In this document: positions 57,917 through 64,000 of the stretch, in pieces
Position numbering within the stretch: the first letter of the stretch is position 1
How the letters are laid out: every line of letters starts with the position of its first letter
Program-made: the position numbers and the translations under genes
Notes under the pieces: generated by a model
The model's database searches: none
Told to the model about the DNA's origin: nothing
Seen by the model: the letters and a program-made list of their open reading frames with translations, nothing else
Assembly (NCBI GenBank): GCA_016706425.1
Contig: JADJJR010000001.1
Span: forward strand, 701,973 to 765,972
Source: Elusimicrobiota bacterium
GTDB taxonomy: Bacteria > Elusimicrobiota > Elusimicrobia > FEN-1173
DNA length: 64,000 bases
Reading direction: 5' to 3'

Positions 57917-58967
57917 GGGATTCGCCCGGGGCCGACGTCGCCCAGGTCTGGAGTCGGTTGGCCATTCGGTCCAAGGGAACCACTTCGTTCGCCCAACCGG
58001 CCCGCACCACCGCTCCGGGCATCCCCCAGATAAGGGAACTTGACGGATCCTGAGCCAAAATCGCGCCGCCGGCCCCCCGCAAGGCTTCGCAACCGAGGGC
58101 GCCGTCCTGGCCCATGCCGGTGAGGATCACCCCGAGGGCGCGACCGCCCCAGGTTTTGGCCGCGGAACGGAAAAGAACGTCGACCGACGGACGGCAAAAG
58201 TTTTCGGGCGGATCCTCGGTCAGGTGCAGGAACCAGCGCGCCTCCCCCCCGGCCACAGCGAGGTGCCGATCGCCCGGGGCGATCCACGCTTCGCCGGGGC
58301 GGGGCACAACCCCCTCGCGCGCCTCCCGCACGCGCAGGGGGCATTCGGCGGACAACCGTTCGGCCAAGAGGCCGGTGAAAACCGGCGGCATGTGTTGAAC
58401 GATGAGAAGGGGGAGGGGAAAGTCCGCGCGCAACCCGCGCAACAAGACGGAGAGGGCGTTGGGCCCCCCGGTGGACGCGCCGATCAAAACGGCCCGGGGG
58501 GGGCCGCCCTTCCGTTCCCCGGGGGGGCGCGCCGGCGGGGGGAGGCGCTCGCCGCTGGGGGGAGGTCCGGCCAGAGCGTGAATTTTGGCGCGCAACGCCT
58601 CCCCGAAAGCGCGCTGTTCCTCCTCCCGATCGAGATCGGCCGGCTTGAGGACAAAATCCGCGGCCCCCCGGCACAGCGCGGCCAGGGTCGTGCGAGAATC
58701 CGCGTCGGTGAGACGGCTGACCATGATCACCGCCGGACGGGGATCAAACGCCAGGAGGGCGTCCAAAACCTCGATTCCGCCCATCACGGGCATGTCGACG
58801 TCCAGCGTCAAAACGTCGGGGCGCGTGTCCCGCGCCATTTCAATGGCCTGGCGGCCGTCCCGGGCTTCCCCCACGATTTCGACGCGGGGGTCCGCCACCA
58901 ACAGGGCGTAAAGAAATCGACGGAATACCGCGGAGTCGTCGGCCAGAAGGACCCGCCGTTTTTTCAC
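57906..58967 (-). CDS. cheB: chemotaxis response regulator protein-glutamate methylesterase CheB
   Basis: Receiver (RVLLADDS...LTLDVDMP) plus methylesterase (GASTGGP; HMPPVFT; GMGQDG). GTG start overlapping the upstream stop (GTGA). Confidence 0.85.
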   Translation of the reverse strand: MKKRRVLLADDSAVFRRFLYALLVADPRVEIVGEARDGRQAIEMARDTRPDVLTLDVDMPVMGGIEVLDALLAFDPRPAVIMVSRLTDADSRTTLAALCRGAADFVLKPADLDREEEQRAFGEALRAKIHALAGPPPSGERLPPPARPPGERKGGPPRAVLIGASTGGPNALSVLLRGLRADFPLPLLIVQHMPPVFTGLLAERLSAECPLRVREAREGVVPRPGEAWIAPGDRHLAVAGGEARWFLHLTEDPPENFCRPSVDVLFRSAAKTWGGRALGVILTGMGQDGALGCEALRGAGGAILAQDPSSSLIWGMPGAVVRAGWANEVVPLDRMANRLQTWATSAPGESRGL

Positions 58968-59443
58968 GCGGGGTCCACCATCACGCGCGCCTCGATCCAG
59001 CCCGTGGGCATCGCCACGCGGGTGACCGCCAGGGGGGCCGCCCCCTCCGTTGGCGGGGCGTTGTGGGCGCGCGGGCTTTCGACACGGAACAGAGCGCGGG
59101 CGGTGAAAAGATTGGGCAGAACGTGGCAACAAAGGATGTTGGCCAATTCGCCGGCCACGTCGTTGCCGTCGACGGCCTCCACGGGGCCGCCGACCCACCG
59201 GGCGATCAGGTCGCCGTGGGCGCCCCCGTAAAAATCCAATCGGAAATGGCCGGTCTTGTCCCCGTGGAATCCAACGATCACCCCGCGTTCCCACGGGATG
59301 TCCGCGGTCGCGGGGGACGCGCCCGTCGGAAACAAATCGAAAAGGCGCCCCAGGCATTCGCGGGCGGCGGCGTTGAGGCTGTCGTCAGCGGCGGTCACGG
59401 CGGGGGTCCAGGGCCCGTTGCACCTGGGTGTGGAAATCCTCAT
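58964..59443 (-). CDS. CheX/CheC-family chemotaxis phosphatase-like protein
   Basis: 159 aa. GELANILCCHVLPNLF matches the CheX/CheC ELANI motif region. Confidence 0.45.
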   Translation of the reverse strand: MRISTPRCNGPWTPAVTAADDSLNAAARECLGRLFDLFPTGASPATADIPWERGVIVGFHGDKTGHFRLDFYGGAHGDLIARWVGGPVEAVDGNDVAGELANILCCHVLPNLFTARALFRVESPRAHNAPPTEGAAPLAVTRVAMPTGWIEARVMVDPA

Positions 59444-59768
59444 CGGTCCAGGGTTTGTGGATGAAGCCGGCCCGTTGGTCCAGCAGGCTTTCCAGGCGCG
59501 CCGCGCTGGATTCGCTCGACACGATCACGATGGGCAGATCGCGGTGGGAGGGCTCCGCCCGAACCCGGGTCAGGAGGGCTTCTCCGTTCAGCCGCGGCAT
59601 GTGGATGTCGAGAATGGCCAAATCGAAGGGCGCCGCCTGGATTTTGGACCAGGCGTCCTCCCCGTTTTCGGCCTCCACGCAATCCTCGATGGAGAAACCG
59701 TTTTCTTTGAGGCTTTTGAGAATGAGTTTTCGCATCACACGGCTGTCGTCGGCAATCAGGACGCGCAT
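59385..59768 (-). CDS. cheY: chemotaxis response regulator CheY
   Basis: RVLIADDSRVMRKL...DLAILDIHMP...SSE..KPW. Start at Met17 of the tracked ORF. Confidence 0.8.
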   Translation of the reverse strand: MRVLIADDSRVMRKLILKSLKENGFSIEDCVEAENGEDAWSKIQAAPFDLAILDIHMPRLNGEALLTRVRAEPSHRDLPIVIVSSESSAARLESLLDQRAGFIHKPWTDEDFHTQVQRALDPRRDRR

Positions 59769-60604
59769 GGGGCGGTTGTCCTCCCTTCCGTTGTGGGATC
59801 GATGGATTGAAAACAACAGGCGCCCTTGGTTTCCACCGGTCGAAACCGCGGGTCGTCAAAAAGCGCCGCCTCGGGGTTTCCGAGGAACAGGTAGCCGCCC
59901 GGGCGAAGAACCCGGTGGACGTTGTTCAAGATGTTTTTTTTCAACGCCGGTTCGAAATAAATCAGCACGTTGCGAAGGAACACGACGTCCATGGGGGAAA
60001 GGGGCGGCCATTCCCCGGCGAGATTGAGTTTGCGGAAATCGATCGCCTTTCGAATGTCCTCGGCGATCAGCGCCTCATCCTCGTGAATGGTAAAAAAGCG
60101 GTTTTTGATGTCGTCCGGGAGTCCCCGACCGATTTCAAAAAGGGAGTAGGCGCCGCCGCGGGCCCGGGCGAGGGCTTCCTCCGAGACGTCCGTGGCCAAA
60201 AGCCGGAAGCGCGTTTCTTCGGACAATGTCGCGCGGAGGAGGAAGGCCAGCGTGTAGGCCTCCTGGCCGGTCGAACAGGCGGCCGACCACACCCCCAGGG
60301 GGGTTCCCGTCCGGCTCGCCCGCTCGACAAGGCCGGGCAAGAGGGAACGGAACAATTCGAAAACGGGCTCGTCGCGGAAAAAGCGGGTCTCGTGGATCAG
60401 CAGCGCTTCGACGGCCTGCCGATGCAGGCCGATGGTGGGGCGCGCCTTCAAATGTTGAAGAAAAAGGCTGGCCGATGAAAACCCCGCCTGCTCCGCGAGC
60501 GAGCGCAGGCGCAACTCCACCAGGTACGCCTTCCCGGGGTCCATGAGAATGCCCGTCTCCGTGTGGAACAAGGCGCGCATGTACTCGAATTCGCTTTCGT
60601 TCAC
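59756..60604 (-). CDS. cheR: chemotaxis protein methyltransferase CheR
   Basis: ETRFFRD, VWSAACSTGQEAYTLA, DVVFLRNVLIYF. GTG start overlapping the cheW stop (GTGA). Confidence 0.85.
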   Translation of the reverse strand: MNESEFEYMRALFHTETGILMDPGKAYLVELRLRSLAEQAGFSSASLFLQHLKARPTIGLHRQAVEALLIHETRFFRDEPVFELFRSLLPGLVERASRTGTPLGVWSAACSTGQEAYTLAFLLRATLSEETRFRLLATDVSEEALARARGGAYSLFEIGRGLPDDIKNRFFTIHEDEALIAEDIRKAIDFRKLNLAGEWPPLSPMDVVFLRNVLIYFEPALKKNILNNVHRVLRPGGYLFLGNPEAALFDDPRFRPVETKGACCFQSIDPTTEGRTTAPCAS

Positions 60605-61047
60605 TTTCCCGATCCCTCCGCCATCGAACGTTCCGCTTCGAGCACGGCGTCCAAATCCAAGGCCAACATCAGGCGATCCGGCAGTTTGTAAGCCCCCTGG
60701 ATCAAGCTCCGCGCCGGCCCGCGCAGGGTTTCGGGAAGGGGTTCGAAGCTCCCTTCCTCCACCCCGACCACGTCCCCCACGCGGTCGATGCTCAACCCCA
60801 CGGATTCGTCGCCGTCGTCCAGCAAAAGCAAGGCGCCGGGTTCGGCGGAGGGCTTCGGGGCAAGGCCCAGGCGGGACCGGATGTCGAGGACCGTGACGAT
60901 GGCGCCCCGCAGGTTCAGCAGGCCGGCCACGGTGGGCGGGGTCCCCGGAACAGGGGCGACCACGGCTTTTTTCAAGACTTCCCGAACCGATTCAAGGGGA
61001 ACCGAGAAAAAGAAGTCGCCGATATAAAACCCGCAGCGGTGTTTCAA
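60601..61047 (-). CDS. cheW: chemotaxis coupling protein CheW
   Basis: CheW fold (YIGDFFFSVPLESVREVL; GLLNLRGAIVTVLDIRSRLGL). Putative TTG start overlapping the cheA stop (TTGA). The tracked 867-aa ORF in this frame is over-extended and rejected. Confidence 0.65.
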   Translation of the reverse strand: MKHRCGFYIGDFFFSVPLESVREVLKKAVVAPVPGTPPTVAGLLNLRGAIVTVLDIRSRLGLAPKPSAEPGALLLLDDGDESVGLSIDRVGDVVGVEEGSFEPLPETLRGPARSLIQGAYKLPDRLMLALDLDAVLEAERSMAEGSGK

Positions 61048-63122
61048 GACGGCCCTCCGGAGGACGGGAGCGGTTCGAACAAAACGTCCAAATCCAGGAT
61101 CTCGGTGATGCGCCCCCGCGCGATGATCGTGCCGGCGACGCCGTGGCGGCTTCCCGGACGACGGTCCCCCGGGGCGGTGTCCACCATTTCGAGAATGCGG
61201 TGCACCACGAGGCCCCGGCGGTTTCGCGCGTCGCGGCAGACCACCACCGGCAACGCCTCCATCGGTTCCGAAGCGGGGGTGGATCGCGGGCGAACCCGGC
61301 GCTCTTTCAAAAGGTTGGAAAGGCGGTGGAGGGGCAACAATTCGCCCCGGTATTGGATCATCTCCCGGCCGCCCACGCGTTCGATGGCCGCCGTCGAAAT
61401 TTCTTCCACGCGGTCGACCCGATCCAGGGGGATCGCCGCGCGGCTGTCGTCCACGCCGGCGACGAGGAGCAGGACCTCCCGTTTTTCGGCCGGGGGCGCG
61501 GGCGCGGCGGCCGGGGCCAGGCGGTGGGTGCGTTCCAAGGCCGAGATGACGTGGGCGGACTCCGCGAGCCCCATCACATCCAGGATCGGGACGACCCGTC
61601 CGTCCCCCAGAATGGAGGCGCCCTCGTAAAAAGGGAGGCCCTTGAAATGCCGGCCAAGGGGCTTTTCCACGATTTCTTCGGTGTCCTTGGCCCGGTGCAC
61701 CACCAGCCCGAAGGGGCGGGCCCCGGCCCGCAACACCACCAGGGTTTGGGCGGTCGAGGCGGAACGGGGGGGCGGTTCGCGGCGGAGGGCTTGACGCAGA
61801 AACACCAAGGGCAACAAGCGTCCGCGCAAGCGAAAGACAGCGGCGTCCTCCATCCATTCGACATGAGCGGCGCGTTCCCCGCCGAGCCGGACCAATTCGA
61901 TCACGTGGGTTTGGGGGATGGCGAAATCGGTTTGGCCGTCGCTCACAATCAAGGTCGGAACAATGGACAAGGTCAAGGGAATCCGAATTTGAAACGTTGT
62001 TCCCCGCCCGGGGGCGGAAAGGATTTCGATGGCCCCGCCGACTTTTTCGATGTTGTCTTTGACCACGTCCAATCCGATGCCGCGGCCGGACACCTCCGTG
62101 ACTTTTTCGGCGGTGGAGAAACCCGAACGAAAAACGAGAGCCACGGCGTCCCGGTCCTCCAGGCGGCCGGCTTCCTCGGCCGAATGAAGGCCTTTTTGGA
62201 TGGCGCGTTCCCGCAGGCGAGCCGGATCGATGCCCGCGCCGTCGTCGGTGATTTCCAGAAGAACCCAACCGCTCTCGTGCTCCGCCCGAAGGGACACGGT
62301 GCCCTCCGCCGGTTTCCCCAACCGGGCGCGGAGGTCGGGGGGTTCGATCCCGTGGTCGAGCGCGTTGCGAACCAAGTGGGTCAACGGATCCCGGATCGCC
62401 TCCAAAATGGATTTGTCCAATTCCGTATCGGCCCCTTCCATCACGACCCGCGCCTTCTTGCCCAAATGGGCGCACAAATCCCGAACGAGACGCGGGACCT
62501 TGTTCCAGGCTTGCCCGATCGGTTGCAGGCGCATTTGCATCACCTGGTGCTGAATTTCGGTGGTGATCCCGTTGAGCTGTTGGGACCGGAGGGCGATTTC
62601 GGGGTCGCCCCGGCCGGTCGACCATTGCAAAACACGGTTGCGGGTGAGAACCAATTCCCCGACCTCCGCCATCAACCGATCCAGCACGGTGACGTTCACG
62701 CGCAGCGTGTTTTCGGCGATGCCGGACGTCGGCCCCGGATCGGTCGGGGGGGCGGGGGTGTTTAAAAAAACAGGGTCGTCTTCGCCCGGTTCCTCGGCGC
62801 CGGCTTTCTCGATCCCGGCCAAACGCTGACGGAGCGTTCCCACGACGCGGAGCAGCCAGTTCACGTTGTCGGTCGATAAAACGGCTTGCCCGTCCCGAAG
62901 GCGGCTCAGCAAATCCTCCGCCGCGTGGGAAAGTTTTTCCACGCGTCGAAAATCGAACATCCGACTCGTGCCTTTGATGGTGTGGAAGGCCCGGAACACA
63001 TCGGCCAGCGTCTCGGGGGAACGCGGGTCTTTTTCCAGAAGCAGCAACAGCGCTTCGATGCGGTCGAGGTTTTCGTGCCCTTCGAGGACAAATTCCTTGA
63101 TGTATTCGGCGTCGTTGGTCAC
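61044..63122 (-). CDS. cheA: chemotaxis histidine kinase CheA
   Basis: Hpt (FRAFHTIKGTSRMF), dimerisation, HATPase (HLVRNALDHGIE; ITDDGAGID; GRGIGLDVV) and CheW-like domains. 692 aa. Confidence 0.9.
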   Translation of the reverse strand: MTNDAEYIKEFVLEGHENLDRIEALLLLLEKDPRSPETLADVFRAFHTIKGTSRMFDFRRVEKLSHAAEDLLSRLRDGQAVLSTDNVNWLLRVVGTLRQRLAGIEKAGAEEPGEDDPVFLNTPAPPTDPGPTSGIAENTLRVNVTVLDRLMAEVGELVLTRNRVLQWSTGRGDPEIALRSQQLNGITTEIQHQVMQMRLQPIGQAWNKVPRLVRDLCAHLGKKARVVMEGADTELDKSILEAIRDPLTHLVRNALDHGIEPPDLRARLGKPAEGTVSLRAEHESGWVLLEITDDGAGIDPARLRERAIQKGLHSAEEAGRLEDRDAVALVFRSGFSTAEKVTEVSGRGIGLDVVKDNIEKVGGAIEILSAPGRGTTFQIRIPLTLSIVPTLIVSDGQTDFAIPQTHVIELVRLGGERAAHVEWMEDAAVFRLRGRLLPLVFLRQALRREPPPRSASTAQTLVVLRAGARPFGLVVHRAKDTEEIVEKPLGRHFKGLPFYEGASILGDGRVVPILDVMGLAESAHVISALERTHRLAPAAAPAPPAEKREVLLLVAGVDDSRAAIPLDRVDRVEEISTAAIERVGGREMIQYRGELLPLHRLSNLLKERRVRPRSTPASEPMEALPVVVCRDARNRRGLVVHRILEMVDTAPGDRRPGSRHGVAGTIIARGRITEILDLDVLFEPLPSSGGPS

Positions 63123-63214
63123 GGGGCTCCGTGGCGCGCGTCGGTCGCGGCCTCCCTAAGAATAAGGCGAAACCCCGCTTTGTCAAGGACGGGACGCGCC
63201 GCAAAATGAATGGG

Positions 63215-63236
63215 TGTTTACAAAATGTTTACAAAC
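63215..63236. promoter_or_regulatory. tandem direct repeat TGTTTACAAAA-TGTTTACAAAC in the divergent cheA / PEP-utilizer-paralogue promoter region (candidate operator)
   Basis: Two 11-nt copies head-to-tail, AT-rich in a GC-rich genome. Each half is partly palindromic (TGTTTACA / TGTAAACA). Confidence 0.35.
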
Positions 63237-63331
63237 GCTTAATAAGTTCCTCGACCGACGGCGGTTATGATTGGTTCGTGAACCTTTCCCTGGGCCGCGC
63301 TTTCTTAACGGGTGTCTACGCCCTTGTCAAT

Positions 63332-64000
63332 GTGGCCGCGGCGCATTCGGCCGAATCCGCCTTTTGGGCGGAAAGGCGACGGGCGGGCCGGGAAAAACAC
63401 GCGGCCCTGTTGGCGCGAAGCACCGGTCGGGGGGAGGCCTCCCTTTCCGTCCGGTTTGCCCTCCCTCCCCTCCGGCCCGGCCCCGCGGCCCCGGGCTCCC
63501 CCTGGCCCCACGGCGCCCCGGATTTTTCAGACGGACCGTTTGCCGTCCTCACCCCGGACCTGGGAACCGTTCAATCGGTATCACCGAAAACGCGCGCGGA
63601 CCGCCCCGTCGTCCTCTTGGTTCAAGATCTCCATCAAAACGAGGGCGCCCAACGGAACATCGGCAAACTCCTCCACCGCTTGACGGAAACCGGCCGTTTG
63701 GACTGGGTGGCCCTGGAAGGCGCCGCCGGCCCCGTCCGCTTCGATCGATGGCGTTCCTACCCCCGGCGGGACGTGGTCCTGAACGTCGCGGATTTCCTGT
63801 TGGCGAACCACCGCCTGTCCGGACCGGTTCACGCCGTCCTCGTGTCGACGGCCGCTTCTTCCCCTGTCGACGGGGTGGACAGCCTCTCTTTGCACGCGGC
63901 CAACGTCGACGCCTACCGGCGCGCCCGGGACAGGGCGCCCGGACTTCGAAAGGATCTGATCCGCCAAAGGACGGCGCACCGGGAGGGAATCGCCCAACTC
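63332..64000 (+). CDS. paralogue of the N-terminal domain of the first gene (PEP-utilising multidomain family), 3'-partial. The start is uncertain: ATG 63206, GTG 63278 or GTG 63332.
   Basis: The frame is open from 63206 to the window end. HSAESAFWAERRRAGR aligns with HAAEGAFWRDRRSAR, and PVVLLVQDLHQNEGAQ..LDWVALEGAAGP aligns with PWVIHIQDIHGNRSAQ..LTWVGVEGAEGP of ORF 1-4541. Confidence 0.5.
   Translation, partial: MAAAHSAESAFWAERRRAGREKHAALLARSTGRGEASLSVRFALPPLRPGPAAPGSPWPHGAPDFSDGPFAVLTPDLGTVQSVSPKTRADRPVVLLVQDLHQNEGAQRNIGKLLHRLTETGRLDWVALEGAAGPVRFDRWRSYPRRDVVLNVADFLLANHRLSGPVHAVLVSTAASSPVDGVDSLSLHAANVDAYRRARDRAPGLRKDLIRQRTAHREGIAQL

Noticed and set aside
60601-63204. 867-aa minus-strand ORF
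   Set aside because: Only its last ~148 codons (CheW) are plausible. The rest is the alternative frame of cheA, R/G/P-rich. CheA is encoded by the 61044-63122 frame.

Overview
This is a high-GC (~65-68%) chromosomal segment of Gram-negative type: it has Shine-Dalgarno sites, an outer-membrane porin, an LPS heptose epimerase and a TonB-dependent receptor. Many adjacent genes are translationally coupled through ATGA/GTGA/TTGA start-stop overlaps.

1-28.8 kb is core genome organised around phosphate starvation. It carries ppx; a long minus-strand operon (porin-pstS-pstC-pstA-pstB-phoU-ppk1 plus a SixA-like histidine phosphatase); a PlcP-like LpxH-family metallophosphoesterase with a GT28 diacylglycerol glycosyltransferase (candidate phospholipid-to-glycolipid remodelling pair); phoR/phoB and an orphan receiver. 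It then carries recR-dnaX, dCMP deaminase, msrB, ppnP, an AsmA-like protein and hldD. The first ORF (>1500 aa) is a multidomain PEP-utilising-enzyme-family protein. A paralogue of it starts at the far right edge of the window.

28.8-29.6 kb is an integration hotspot: tRNA-Leu(CAG), smpB (no adjacent tmRNA), a disrupted 5' fragment of tRNA-Ser carrying an inserted structured repeat, then an intact tRNA-Ser(CGA).

From the 3' end of tRNA-Ser onward the sequence looks acquired and compositionally mosaic. (i) A 2.6-kb cassette with a lower-GC core, holding a large serine recombinase and an XRE repressor, is bounded by ~357-bp inverted repeats. The recombinase 3' end lies inside the repeat and overlaps the tRNA. 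(ii) A ~19.8-kb region is bounded by two near-identical ~1.5-kb non-coding inverted repeats (32.2-33.7 kb and 50.5-52.0 kb). These repeats are built from many short GC-rich hairpins, and each ends outward in a degenerate tRNA T-arm/GCCA remnant. Between them sit a low-GC defence block (XRE, a small divergent ORF, a HamA/HamB Hachiman-like nuclease and SF2-helicase pair, and a 736-aa CHAT caspase-like protease gene that is itself bracketed by ~57-bp direct repeats), a CzcCBA-type heavy-metal RND efflux operon, a lipoprotein, a class I SAM methyltransferase and a DUF1016-N/staphylococcal-nuclease fusion.

The most novel-looking candidate is the Hachiman-like pair with a co-oriented cassette-like CHAT protease, together with the unusual 1.5-kb structured inverted repeats that delimit the island.

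To the right of the island a TonB-dependent receptor gene is split by an IS3-family element (orfA intact, orfB frameshifted). After that come an MCP, a DUF4154-like periplasmic protein and a chemotaxis operon (cheA-cheW-cheR-cheY-cheX/C-like-cheB-Hpt).

No rRNA, no CRISPR array and no cas genes were seen. Metagenome misassembly of the inverted repeats cannot be excluded from sequence alone.
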